A DNA stretch of 39,374 bases from a virus. The notes below the pieces were generated by a model. It was not told the DNA's origin. It saw only the letters and a list, made by a program, of their open reading frames with translations, and did no database searches. The number at the start of each line of letters is the position of its first letter. The stretch's first letter is position 1. The stretch lies in UHGV virus genome UHGV-0391889. One strand, given 5' to 3'. A program made the position numbers and the translations under genes. Of this stretch, positions 9,508 to 17,966 are shown in pieces.

Positions 9508-9948
9508 GTAACGCTGCGAGCGTTACAAGGTGAAAACAAATGGCTTCAAACTGGATAAAGCTCGAGGTTATTACGCCGGATAAGCCGGAAATATTCAGGC
9601 TTGCTGAGATTCTGAATATTGATCCAGATGCCGCATTAGGGAAGGTTATTCGCTTCTGGGCATGGGCGGATCAACAAATGATAGACGGTAATGCAGATTG
9701 TAACGCTCGCGGCGTTACAAAAAGTGCAATAGATCGCATCACTTTTATGGCTGGTTTTGCTGATGCGTTAATTCAGGTTGGATGGCTGGTCGAAAATGAC
9801 GTTGGGCTTTCTCTACCTAACTTTGAACGCCATAACGGAAAAAGCTCTAAAAAACGGGCGGTTACAAACGAGCGAGTTACAAAAATACGTGAACTGAAAC
9901 GAAAAGGTAACGCTGCCGGCGTTACACAAACGGATCAAAAAGCGTTAC
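9508..9948. repeat. Iteron-like palindromes GTAACGC-N5-GCGTTAC (candidate replication origin)
   Basis: Near-perfect 19-bp palindromes at 9508-9526, 9700-9718 and 9907-9925, plus GTTAC half-sites at 9861, 9876 and 9944; mostly inside the initiator gene, as for lambda ori inside O. Confidence 0.55.
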
Positions 9949-10328
9949 CAGAGGAAGAGGAAGAGGAAGATCTAAATACTGATCTCCCCCTAAATCCCCC
10001 TCGCCAAAAACGAGCGTCTAAAAAATTCGAGCCGGAGGCTATTGAGCTGCCCGATTGGTTGCCGGAAACACTCTGGCATGAGTGGGTCCGGTTCAGACAG
10101 GCATTGCGAAAACCGATTCGAACGGAGCAGGGCGCTAACGGGGCGATACGGGAGCTGGAAAAATTCCGCCAGCAGGGTTTTTCACCTGAGCAGGTGATTC
10201 GACACAGCATCGCCAATGAATACCAGGGCCTGTTCGCGCCGAAAGGTGTTCGACCTGAGACGTTACTCCGACAGGTTAACACCGTCTCGTCACCGGATAG
10301 TGCGATCCCGCCAGGCTTCAGGGGGTAA
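9540..10328 (+). CDS. Replication initiator, YdaU-like (phage O-like, DUF1376-type)
   Basis: 262 aa with an acidic linker; precedes a DnaC-like loader; contains the iteron-like repeats. Confidence 0.75.
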   Translation: MASNWIKLEVITPDKPEIFRLAEILNIDPDAALGKVIRFWAWADQQMIDGNADCNARGVTKSAIDRITFMAGFADALIQVGWLVENDVGLSLPNFERHNGKSSKKRAVTNERVTKIRELKRKGNAAGVTQTDQKALPEEEEEEDLNTDLPLNPPRQKRASKKFEPEAIELPDWLPETLWHEWVRFRQALRKPIRTEQGANGAIRELEKFRQQGFSPEQVIRHSIANEYQGLFAPKGVRPETLLRQVNTVSSPDSAIPPGFRG

Positions 10329-10334
10329 CTGATC

Positions 10335-11081
10335 ATGAAAAATATTGCGACAGGCGGCGTTCTTGAACGTATCCGCAGGCTGGCTCCGCCACATGTAACC
10401 GCGCCATTCAGAACGGTAGCGGAGTGGCGCGAGTGGCAACTTGCTGAAGGCCAGAAACGTAGCGAGGAGATCAACCGCCTGAATCGCCAATTGCGGGTGG
10501 AAAAAATTCTGAATCGCTCAGGCATCCAGCCGTTGCACCGTAAATGCTCGTTTGCGAATTACCGGGTGCAGAACGACGGTCAGCGATACGCGTTGAGCCA
10601 GGCGAAATCTATCGCTGATGAACTGATGACCGGGTGTACAAATTTTGCGTTCAGCGGAAAACCTGGTACTGGAAAAAACCATCTGGCGGCGGCTATCGGG
10701 AATCGCCTGCTGAAAGATGGTCAGACAGTGATTGTGGTTACCGTGGCTGATGTCATGAGTGCTCTACACGCCAGCTATGACGACGGGCAATCAGGCGAAA
10801 AATTTTTGCGGGAACTGTGCCAAGTGGATCTGCTGGTTCTTGATGAAATTGGCATTCAGCGCGAGACAAAAAACGAGCAGGTGGTGCTGCACCAGATTGT
10901 TGATCGCCGGACAGCGTCGATGCGCAGCGTGGGGATGCTGACAAACCTGAACTATGAGGCCATGAAAACATTGCTCGGCGAGAGGATTATGGATCGCATG
11001 ACCATGAACGGCGGGCGATGGGTGAATTTTAACTGGGAGAGCTGGCGTCCGAATGTTGGTCAGCCAGGAATTGAGAAGTAA
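10335..11081 (+). CDS. DnaC/IstB-like AAA+ helicase loader
   Basis: Walker [16 protein letters not shown] and Walker B LLVLDEIG motifs. Confidence 0.85.
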   Translation: MKNIATGGVLERIRRLAPPHVTAPFRTVAEWREWQLAEGQKRSEEINRLNRQLRVEKILNRSGIQPLHRKCSFANYRVQNDGQRYALSQAKSIADELMTGCTNFAFSGKPGTGKNHLAAAIGNRLLKDGQTVIVVTVADVMSALHASYDDGQSGEKFLRELCQVDLLVLDEIGIQRETKNEQVVLHQIVDRRTASMRSVGMLTNLNYEAMKTLLGERIMDRMTMNGGRWVNFNWESWRPNVGQPGIEK

Positions 11082-11103
11082 TTTTTACCGGGAGGAAATT
11101 TTA

Positions 11104-11865
11104 ATGGAAACCGTTTTTGATGCACTGAAAGCAATGGGAAAAGCCACGTCGGTAGAACTGGCTGCGCGACTTGATATCAGTCGTGAAGAAGTTCTGAACG
11201 AGCTGTGGGAACTGAAAAAGGCTGGCTTCGTTGATAAAAGCGTATACACCTGGCGTGTGGCTGATAACAACGTTCAGCAGGAACAGCCAGCGCCAGAAGA
11301 ACAGCCGGAAGAAACCACCACGGCGACAGTAGCGAAAATCTCAGAGAGCGATTTAACCGCGACGATTGAACAACGCGGACCACAAACGGCTGATGAGTTG
11401 GCTACATTGTTCGGTACCACATCACGCAAAGTGGCTTCAACGCTGGCAATGGCAATCAGCAAAGGTCGTCTGATTCGCGTAAATCAGTGCGGTAAATTTC
11501 GTTACTGCATGCCGGGCGGTAATTTACCAGCAGAGCCGAAAGTTGAATCGGTAGCGGAAACCGATGGTAAAGCCTTTCCTCAGCCTGCAGGTGTTGCGTT
11601 ACCAGTACAGGAAGCTGCAACACAGGAAGAAATTAAAACAGAAACTGTGGCGGACATTGTGCAGTCGCTGCCATCGTTTACTGAAACGCGAGCGGATGAC
11701 CTGGTTTTACCATCGCTTCATATGGCAAACCGCGAACTGCGCCGGGCGAAAAATCATGTCCAGAGGTGGGAGCGAGTCTGCGCCGCGCTGCGGGAGCTGA
11801 ACAAGCACCGGGATATTGTTCGACAGATTTTCGATTCCTCCAGTCGTATTGTGTCGGAAAAGTGA
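11104..11865 (+). CDS. Hypothetical protein with N-terminal winged-helix-like domain
   Basis: Start at METVFDALK with a GGAGG RBS; N-terminal ~60 aa resemble a wHTH; acidic, Pro/Glu-rich linker. Confidence 0.5.
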   Translation: METVFDALKAMGKATSVELAARLDISREEVLNELWELKKAGFVDKSVYTWRVADNNVQQEQPAPEEQPEETTTATVAKISESDLTATIEQRGPQTADELATLFGTTSRKVASTLAMAISKGRLIRVNQCGKFRYCMPGGNLPAEPKVESVAETDGKAFPQPAGVALPVQEAATQEEIKTETVADIVQSLPSFTETRADDLVLPSLHMANRELRRAKNHVQRWERVCAALRELNKHRDIVRQIFDSSSRIVSEK

Positions 11866-11880
11866 TTGCCGGAGGCACCT

Positions 11881-12303
11881 ATGGCAAAAGTATTTACACC
11901 AGAAGAGCGGGAAAAAATTAAAGGGCAGGTTGTTGAACTTGTACGTCTGAGCGGTCGCGAGACGTTACGGGCTCTGGAGGCTAAAACCGGTGCATTAAGG
12001 TATTACATAAGCACTCTCGCCAGAGAATTGGTCGCCAGTGGTGATGTTTACAATTCAGGCTACGGATTATTCCCGTCTGAGCAGGCGCGTAAAGACTGGC
12101 AAAACGCCCGCAAAAAACTATCAAGGGCAAAGGTGAAGAAACCGGTTGTGGTTGATCCTGACCTTATCTGGTCATTACCAGACGGAGAAATACGTCGTTA
12201 CAACAGACGACAGAACATAATCTGTCGCGAGTGCCGGAATAGTGAGGTTATGCAGCGAGTGCTGGCGTTTTATCAGGGGAGTTTTCAGGAGGTGGCACAG
12301 TGA
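11881..12303 (+). CDS. Hypothetical protein
   Basis: ORF with a GGAGG RBS (start MAKVFTPEE); basic C-terminus with CxxC. Confidence 0.5.
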   Translation: MAKVFTPEEREKIKGQVVELVRLSGRETLRALEAKTGALRYYISTLARELVASGDVYNSGYGLFPSEQARKDWQNARKKLSRAKVKKPVVVDPDLIWSLPDGEIRRYNRRQNIICRECRNSEVMQRVLAFYQGSFQEVAQ

Positions 12304-12500
12304 GCGGGATTGACTACCAAGAATTGGCTGCTGCCAACGCTTTCCTGGCTGATGTACGGGCGGTGGCGTTTAACGAGCTTCGCGCGGCGTTTGTCAGGCA
12401 CGCAAAAGTTGCAGGACTGGATGATGCCGATACCGTAACGCTTAAGGAAGTGACAGAAGCATTGTTGCATTGTGCGGAACAGATTCGCGCGCCTGAATAA
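12300..12500 (+). CDS. Hypothetical small protein (GTG start)
   Basis: Start overlaps the upstream stop (GTGA), consistent with translational coupling. Confidence 0.4.
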   Translation: MSGIDYQELAAANAFLADVRAVAFNELRAAFVRHAKVAGLDDADTVTLKEVTEALLHCAEQIRAPE

Positions 12501-12595
12501 TTAAATTTAGTGTTGTAAATAAAATTTAATCCTTAACCGGAGGGATTTCTGCACCCTCAGAACATCAGGAGGCCGTCCGAAAGGGCGGTAGTGAA

Positions 12596-12778
12596 ATGCG
12601 AAAATTTAAAATAATTATTGAAACGGGAATAGCCGGTGGAGATTTCGAGGATGAATTCGAAGTGGATGATGATGCGACACCAGATGAAATACAGGATGAA
12701 GCTAAAGATATTTTCTTTAACTACTGCAATTACTCATACCACGAAATAAAAGACGAAGAGGAAGAACAAAATGGCTGA
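12596..12778 (+). CDS. Hypothetical small acidic protein
   Basis: 60 aa ORF, Asp/Glu-rich. Confidence 0.4.
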   Translation: MRKFKIIIETGIAGGDFEDEFEVDDDATPDEIQDEAKDIFFNYCNYSYHEIKDEEEEQNG

Positions 12779-12947
12779 TTTTGGTTCAACTAAATATAAC
12801 GCCAGTTTTGAAGAATGGCATGAACTGTTAATGGATTATGCAGAGTTACGCGGTGGAAGTGCCGCTGATGCTGAAGCATGGCGTGATGATTATGAAGCAG
12901 GGAAAACACCGGTCGAAGCATATTGTGATGAGTGGGGCGATGAATGA
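12771..12947 (+). CDS. Hypothetical small acidic Trp-rich protein (58 aa)
   Basis: Hand-translated: MADFGSTKYNASFEEWHELLMDYAELRGGSAADAEAWRDDYEAGKTPVEAYCDEWGDE; GAGGAAG RBS; overlaps both neighbours at start and stop; below the track cutoff. Confidence 0.35.
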   Translation: MADFGSTKYNASFEEWHELLMDYAELRGGSAADAEAWRDDYEAGKTPVEAYCDEWGDE

Positions 12948-13303
12948 GCGAGATTAATTATCAGGAAGGGCATGAAAAGGCAGGGCAGGCAAAACCAGTG
13001 GCATGGCGATATCGCTACGTGAAAAAAGGCGTTACAGACTTTCAGGGGAAGCAGTGGGCTGGTGACTGGAAATATGTCCCGACAAAAGAAGATTGTAACG
13101 ACAGACCAAACTATGAAATCCAGGCGTTATTCACGGCCCCGCCAGCCCCGGTGACATCAGAAGGACTGGTTAAAGCTGTGCGCTTTTATGAACAGGTACG
13201 GCGTGAGGATCCGCCAGTTGAAACCGGAGCATGGAAAGACGCTATTGACTGGGTACTCAAGGAGGCCTGTCTGGTTGTAAATACGGGCATCAAAGGAGGC
13301 TGA
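12944..13303 (+). CDS. Hypothetical protein
   Basis: 119 aa ORF, coupled to its neighbours. Confidence 0.5.
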   Translation: MSEINYQEGHEKAGQAKPVAWRYRYVKKGVTDFQGKQWAGDWKYVPTKEDCNDRPNYEIQALFTAPPAPVTSEGLVKAVRFYEQVRREDPPVETGAWKDAIDWVLKEACLVVNTGIKGG

Positions 13304-13519
13304 ATGGGTATTGCCGCAAGTTTCACTATGCATCTCTATTGTGATTGCCGCCAGTGTACGGATGGCAAATATCAGTCGCCAGATTTTGGTGAGTATATCG
13401 GTACGTCATGGGCTGGCTGTGCAAAAGAGGCACGTAAAGATGGGTGGCGAATAAGCGCCGACAAAACGCGTGCTTTTGCGCCAGGGCATAAAATTTTGCG
13501 GAGCATCAAAGGAGAGTGA
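13304..13519 (+). CDS. Hypothetical small Cys-rich protein
   Basis: 71 aa with CDCRQC...C; possible zinc-binding. Confidence 0.45.
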   Translation: MGIAASFTMHLYCDCRQCTDGKYQSPDFGEYIGTSWAGCAKEARKDGWRISADKTRAFAPGHKILRSIKGE

Positions 13520-13520
13520 T

Positions 13521-13739
13521 ATGCCTACATTATTCAGAAAAGAATATCCGCGAAGAAGTCGAATAACAGAACTCCTGTTTCTCATTCTGTTTATCGTGTT
13601 GATGATACCGATATCCCCGCTAATTTTTGTCTGGGCAATCGGGAAAATAATTGAGCCAGTTATTGAATTGTATAACGACGTGGTATGGGCGTCGTTCAAC
13701 ACACTGCACAATAAAATTAATCCATATAAGGAAAACTGA
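13521..13739 (+). CDS. Hypothetical small membrane protein
   Basis: Start MPTLFRK with a GGAGAG RBS; one strongly hydrophobic segment (LLFLILFIVLMIPISPLIFVWAIG). Confidence 0.45.
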   Translation: MPTLFRKEYPRRSRITELLFLILFIVLMIPISPLIFVWAIGKIIEPVIELYNDVVWASFNTLHNKINPYKEN

Positions 13740-13740
13740 A

Positions 13741-14106
13741 ATGGCACTGACGAAAAAACAACGTGCAGAGCTGCGCATGAAGTTCGGCGGTCGCTGTGCT
13801 TATTGTGGCTGCGAACTTGGCGAAAAGTGGCATGTAGACCATGTAAAACCGGTCATTCGTTTTGCTGGAAATATGCTTCACCAGGAACGTGACGATATAT
13901 CCAACATGGTTCCGGCATGCCACCCATGCAATCTGCACAAGCATTGCAGCAGCCTGGAAGATTATCGGCGAATTATCAGTGATGGTCGTCGTGAATTCCT
14001 TGCGTCCGGGAAAGGCAAGGCGCTGGTTCGTATGGGATTGGTTGAAATGAAATCTGACCCGGTTGTGTTCTGGTTTGAAAAATATCAAGAAGGGGCTACA
14101 GCATGA
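13741..14106 (+). CDS. HNH endonuclease
   Basis: 121 aa from MALTKKQRAELR...; HNH signature CAYCGCEL...HVDHVKP...N...ACHPCNLHK. Confidence 0.8.
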   Translation: MALTKKQRAELRMKFGGRCAYCGCELGEKWHVDHVKPVIRFAGNMLHQERDDISNMVPACHPCNLHKHCSSLEDYRRIISDGRREFLASGKGKALVRMGLVEMKSDPVVFWFEKYQEGATA

Positions 14107-14597
14107 CCACTTTTACCGACAAAGAACTGATTAAAGAAATCAAAGAGCGCATCAGCAGCCTGGACGTGCGAGACAATATTGAGCGCCGGGCTTATGAGAT
14201 TGCACAGGCATCTCTGGTAGCAGAGCCAGTGGCATATCAGTATCGCCAGTGGGATGCAGAATATGATGAATGGGGAGAATGGGAAGATTGCGGGGAAAGT
14301 GCTTTCGAAAGATTTGTTGAGGAAGAGAAATGCCTGGGGGCAGGTGTTCAGACCCGTAAGCTTTACACCGCCCCTCCAGTGCATCAACCCGGTGGATTTA
14401 CAATTGAGGAAACACAAGAACTTTACGAAGACTTGGTTCGAAGCCACATAAGCCAAGCTTTAAGTGGCGAAAAGATGAAAAAGAAAGATCGCGATGCTGA
14501 TTTACGCTGGATTCATGGCGTTATAGTTCAGGCTGCGTGGTTTGTGAAAGCATCACTGGAAGCGTTGCCTGAACCACCGCAGGAGGTGAATCAATGA
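14103..14597 (+). CDS. Hypothetical protein
   Basis: 164 aa ORF, coupled to the HNH gene; acidic, Trp-rich central region. Confidence 0.55.
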   Translation: MTTFTDKELIKEIKERISSLDVRDNIERRAYEIAQASLVAEPVAYQYRQWDAEYDEWGEWEDCGESAFERFVEEEKCLGAGVQTRKLYTAPPVHQPGGFTIEETQELYEDLVRSHISQALSGEKMKKKDRDADLRWIHGVIVQAAWFVKASLEALPEPPQEVNQ

Positions 14598-14677
14598 CCT
14601 GGCCTGAAGCATTCACAACGGTAGGAATTGCGATGGCGGTGGCGCTGGTGGTGTATTCGATTTTCCGATGGGGATAA
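14594..14677 (+). CDS. Candidate 27-aa hydrophobic peptide
   Basis: MTWPEAFTTVGIAMAVALVVYSIFRWG; AGGAGGTGA RBS 5 nt upstream; ATG overlaps the upstream stop. Confidence 0.35.
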   Translation: MTWPEAFTTVGIAMAVALVVYSIFRWG

Positions 14678-14769
14678 AAACGGTTTGCGGGAAAAGGAGA
14701 GTTAAGTAGAATTGCTGCGGGTGCTTGAGGCTATCTGCCTCGGGCATGAACACCAACGGCAGATAGAGA

Positions 14770-14838
14770 AAAGCCCCAGTTAACATTACGCGTCCGGCAA
14801 GACGCTTAACATTAATCTGAGGCCATATCTATGCGACA
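14770..14838 (-). ncRNA. Candidate Sok-like antisense RNA
   Basis: Minus-strand promoter-like TTGACC (14868-14873) and TAATCT (14844-14849) with 18 nt spacing, facing into the hok leader; minus-strand hairpin then T-run near 14770. Positions approximate. Confidence 0.3.
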
Positions 14839-14890
14839 CATAGAGATTAGCCTCTTACGGACCGAAAGGTCAAGGAGAAGCAGGCTATGA
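14831..14890 (+). CDS. Mok-like leader ORF (19 aa)
   Basis: Short ORF whose stop overlaps the hok start (ATGA). Confidence 0.4.
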   Translation: MRHIEISLLRTERSRRSRL

Positions 14891-15042
14891 AGCAGCAAAA
14901 GGCGATGTTAATCGCCCTGATCGTCATCTGTTTAACCGTCATAGTGACGGCACTGGTAACGAGGAAAGACCTCTGCGAGGTACGAATCCGAACCGGCCAG
15001 ACGGAGGTCGCTGTCTTCACAGCTTACGAACCTGAGGAGTAA
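14887..15042 (+). CDS. hok: Hok/Gef family type I toxin (HokD/RelF-like)
   Basis: 51 aa MKQQKAMLIALIVICLTVIVTALVTRKDLCEVRIRTGQTEVAVFTAYEPEE: N-terminal TM helix and conserved Cys, as recalled for E. coli HokD. Confidence 0.85.
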   Translation: MKQQKAMLIALIVICLTVIVTALVTRKDLCEVRIRTGQTEVAVFTAYEPEE

Positions 15043-15111
15043 GAGACCAGGCGAGGGAGAAATCCCTCGCCACCTCTGATGTGTCAGGCATCCTCAACGC
15101 ACCCGCACTTA

Positions 15112-15132
15112 ACCCGCTTCGGCGGGTTTTTT
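15112..15132 (+). terminator. Rho-independent terminator after hok
   Basis: CCCGC-ttcg-GCGGG followed by TTTTTT; a second hairpin (GGCGAGGGA/TCCCTCGCC, 15046-15070) lies directly after the stop. Confidence 0.6.
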
Positions 15133-15317
15133 GTTGCGCGCTGAATACGCAGGGTGAAAAATAACCATATATTTGATTATATACACAACAAAAAATAAAA
15201 GTCATTGTACCTGCACATTAAACAATCAAATATACGGCGTGAAATAAATATTTTTCAGATTAATATTTTTGTCTCTATGTGGATATAACCGTTTGTACTT
15301 ATAAACCTGGAGGCATC

Positions 15318-15530
15318 GTGGAAAAAATAAAGAAACTATTTAGTAGCAAATATGCAGTCATACGTCGTGATGACCTGTCAGTTATAGTCGAAATGGATTA
15401 CTTCCCTGAAACAAAAAAATCAATGATGTATCGTAATGGTCGAAAGGCAATTTTTTTACCGATGAGGGTAAGTGACATTATGGGAAATGATAAACTGCAG
15501 GATGAATTGCGAGTCAGAGCATCCTGTTAG
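15318..15530 (+). CDS. Hypothetical small protein in an AT-rich island (GTG start)
   Basis: GGAGG RBS 4 nt upstream of a GTG; sits in a markedly AT-rich segment (about 15140-15320). Confidence 0.35.
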   Translation: MEKIKKLFSSKYAVIRRDDLSVIVEMDYFPETKKSMMYRNGRKAIFLPMRVSDIMGNDKLQDELRVRASC

Positions 15531-15545
15531 TATTGGCATTAATTC

Positions 15546-15554
15546 TGGTATACT
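15546..15554 (+). promoter_or_regulatory. Extended -10 element TGGTATACT upstream of the nin-like operon
   Basis: Same TGGTATACT motif as at 7588-7596, about 48 nt upstream of the 15602 start. Confidence 0.3.
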
Positions 15555-15601
15555 ACATAACGGGCTGAACACCCATTCTACTGCGCCAGCGGAGAACTAC
15601 G

Positions 15602-16201
15602 ATGGCGCATATACAACTGGTCAAACAAACCTCTTCTGGATTACTTCTCCCGGCGACGCCGGAGAGTTGCGATTTTTTGCATCAAATCAAAATAGGTGAG
15701 TGGATACACGCGGACTTTAAGCGAGTACGTAACTACGCGTTCCACAAGCGTTTTTTCAAACTCCTGCAACTGGGATTCGATTACTGGACTCCGAACGGTG
15801 GGGCGATCACGCCTCGCGAACGAGAACTGGTGTCCGGTTTCGTTGATTTCCTGTGCGAATCAGTAGGTCGGGAACATACGCCAGCCCTGAGTGATGCCGC
15901 AGAGCAATACCTTAACACCGTTGCGACTTGCAGAACCCGGGATACGGCCTTACTCAAGTCCTTTGACGCTTTTCGCGAATGGGTAACCATTCAGGCCGGA
16001 TTTTACACCGAACATTTTTATCCGGACGGTAGTCGTGGGCGCAGGGCAAAATCTATCGCATTTGCGAACATGGACGAAACCGAGTTTCAGCAGGTTTATA
16101 AATCTGTACTTAATGTGCTGTGGAACTGGATCCTGTTCCGTAAATTTTCCTCTCCGGAGGAAGTCGAAAATGTGGCCGCGCAGTTACTGGAGTTTGCGTA
16201 A
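15602..16201 (+). CDS. Nin-region protein, YdfU-like (DUF1367-type)
   Basis: 199 aa ORF with a GGAGAA RBS; position and recalled family membership. Confidence 0.6.
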   Translation: MAHIQLVKQTSSGLLLPATPESCDFLHQIKIGEWIHADFKRVRNYAFHKRFFKLLQLGFDYWTPNGGAITPRERELVSGFVDFLCESVGREHTPALSDAAEQYLNTVATCRTRDTALLKSFDAFREWVTIQAGFYTEHFYPDGSRGRRAKSIAFANMDETEFQQVYKSVLNVLWNWILFRKFSSPEEVENVAAQLLEFA

Positions 16202-16491
16202 TGGTGGATTTACGTAAAGCGGCGCGGGGGCAGATGTGCACCGTCAGAATTCCTGGCTACTGCAATCACAATCCCGAAACTTCTGTGCTGGCGCATTACA
16301 GGCTGGCGGGGACGTGCGGAACAGCGACAAAACCACACGATATGCAGGCAGCGATTGCCTGTAGCTCATGCCACGATTTAATCGACGGGAGAGTAAAAAC
16401 CAGCGATTACACCAAAGAAGAATTACGCCTGATGCATGCAGAAGGTGTTTTTCGCACACAAGAAATCTGGAGAAAGGAGGGATATTTATGA
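16201..16491 (+). CDS. Small Cys/His-rich nin-region protein (DUF1364-like, putative zinc-binding)
   Basis: 96 aa with a C..C...H...C.C...C..CH pattern; coupled to both neighbours. Confidence 0.55.
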   Translation: MVDLRKAARGQMCTVRIPGYCNHNPETSVLAHYRLAGTCGTATKPHDMQAAIACSSCHDLIDGRVKTSDYTKEELRLMHAEGVFRTQEIWRKEGYL

Positions 16492-17042
16492 TTTACCCAA
16501 CGAATACAGGCAAAAGCGGGGAACACCTTCGTCTCACCACGCTGGAAAGTGTCTGGATTCAGGGAAAACTGCGCATGTGGGGGCGCTGGTCGTATATTGG
16601 CGGCGGTAAGACGGGAAATATGTTTAACCAGTTGCTGGCATCCAAAAAATTGACGAAAACAGCCGTCAATGAAGCCCTGCGCAGGATGAAAAAAGCGGGA
16701 ATAGAGAAACCTGAGCTGGAAGCGTTTTTGCGAGAGATGATCAATGGCAAGCAAAAGACCTGGCTGGCGCATTGTACTGATGCAGAGGCGTTATGTATTG
16801 ATAGAGTCATAAGTGAGGTGCTAGCAGAGCATCCTGGATTGATTAGTGTCCTCCGGCAACGGTATGAAGGGAGGGGGATGACTAAGCGAAAAATGGCTGA
16901 ATTGCTGAATGATTCACACCCTGAGTGGTGTTTTCGGACGTGCTGCAGTCGGGTAGATGTATGGCTAAATCTTGCTGAATATATGCTCTATCTACCGATG
17001 CGTGATGCATTCTCTTCCGGGGATCTAAAAACCGTCTGTTGA
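16488..17042 (+). CDS. Q-like late-gene antiterminator
   Basis: 184 aa from MIYPTNTG with an AGGAGGG RBS; last gene before a strong promoter plus terminator and the lysis cassette. Confidence 0.6.
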   Translation: MIYPTNTGKSGEHLRLTTLESVWIQGKLRMWGRWSYIGGGKTGNMFNQLLASKKLTKTAVNEALRRMKKAGIEKPELEAFLREMINGKQKTWLAHCTDAEALCIDRVISEVLAEHPGLISVLRQRYEGRGMTKRKMAELLNDSHPEWCFRTCCSRVDVWLNLAEYMLYLPMRDAFSSGDLKTVC

Positions 17043-17068
17043 CTCAATCTGTTATCCGGGGCTATATT
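17039..17068 (+). promoter_or_regulatory. pR'-like late promoter
   Basis: TTGACT at 17039-17044, 18-nt spacer, TATATT at 17063-17068; overlaps the Q stop codon. Confidence 0.5.
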
Positions 17069-17128
17069 CCTCACGCGCCAGCAAAATCTGGCGTCGGGAT
17101 TGGAACCCCGGATAGAGACCGCGACAGA

Positions 17129-17152
17129 CACACGCCGCGAGCGTGTTTTTTA
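17129..17152 (+). terminator. tR'-like rho-independent terminator
   Basis: ACACGC-cgcga-GCGTGT followed by TTTTTT, about 60 nt downstream of the candidate late promoter. Confidence 0.6.
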
Positions 17153-17312
17153 TTGTCGTATGCACGCGCACATCTGAATTATGGTGGGGCGCATGGGGGA
17201 GCTGAAAAGCTCGCCGGTCGGTTTCCCGGTAGTTCCAACCCTGTGCGTCTCACCACCCGATGATTGGAACCTGACGGTGGTGATAGTTTAGAAACCACCA
17301 GAGGGCGTCATT

Positions 17313-17870
17313 ATGACAACTCAAATTTCTGTTGAAACTCTCTCCCCGATCACCCATAACCGGATTCCTGTTATTACCACCGAACTTTTGGCGCAGCTTT
17401 ACGGCACTGAGCCGGTGCGTATTCGCCAGAATCATCATGAGAACAAAGTACGCTTCGTTGAAGGGAAACACTTTTTCAAAGTTGTTGGTAATGACCTTAA
17501 AGAATTGCGGGTAGCTTTAAACTACTCACAAAATCCCATCTCTCCCAAAGCCCGCTCCCTTATCCTCTGGACAGAACGCGGAGCAGCCCGCCACGCAAAA
17601 ATGCTCGAAACCGATCAGGCGTGGGATGTGTTCGAAAAACTGGAAGACTGCTATTTCAGTCAAAAGGATCCGTCAACGCCAGTTTCATGCCAGAAAAGTT
17701 ACGACACGCGAGTTCTCTGTTATCAGCGAGGCGGTGTCACTGTTTCCACAATTCAGTTACGGGATGATGATATTGTTATTTCCCTTGAGTCATGGCTGGA
17801 ACTGGCGAGAGCCAATGGTTGGTTTGTTGTTCGCAGAGATAAACTGGTGGAAAGGTTGATGCAGCTTTAA
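17313..17870 (+). CDS. ORF6N-domain protein (antirepressor-like / KilA-N-related)
   Basis: 185 aa; N-terminal region resembles the ORF6N fold as recalled; GAGGG RBS. Confidence 0.55.
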   Translation: MTTQISVETLSPITHNRIPVITTELLAQLYGTEPVRIRQNHHENKVRFVEGKHFFKVVGNDLKELRVALNYSQNPISPKARSLILWTERGAARHAKMLETDQAWDVFEKLEDCYFSQKDPSTPVSCQKSYDTRVLCYQRGGVTVSTIQLRDDDIVISLESWLELARANGWFVVRRDKLVERLMQL

Positions 17871-17966
17871 AAAAGTTCTTGCATTTTTGCACATAAACTG
17901 CTTCAATTCCGGTACGCTTCGCAAAGCTGTATCGCGAGGCGAATCAAGCGCATGAACTTTACCAGA

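Noticed and set aside
9935-10525. Minus-strand ORF of 196 aa opposite the initiator and loader genes
   Set aside because: Antisense to two well-supported replication genes; Ser/Arg-rich translation typical of a spurious frame.
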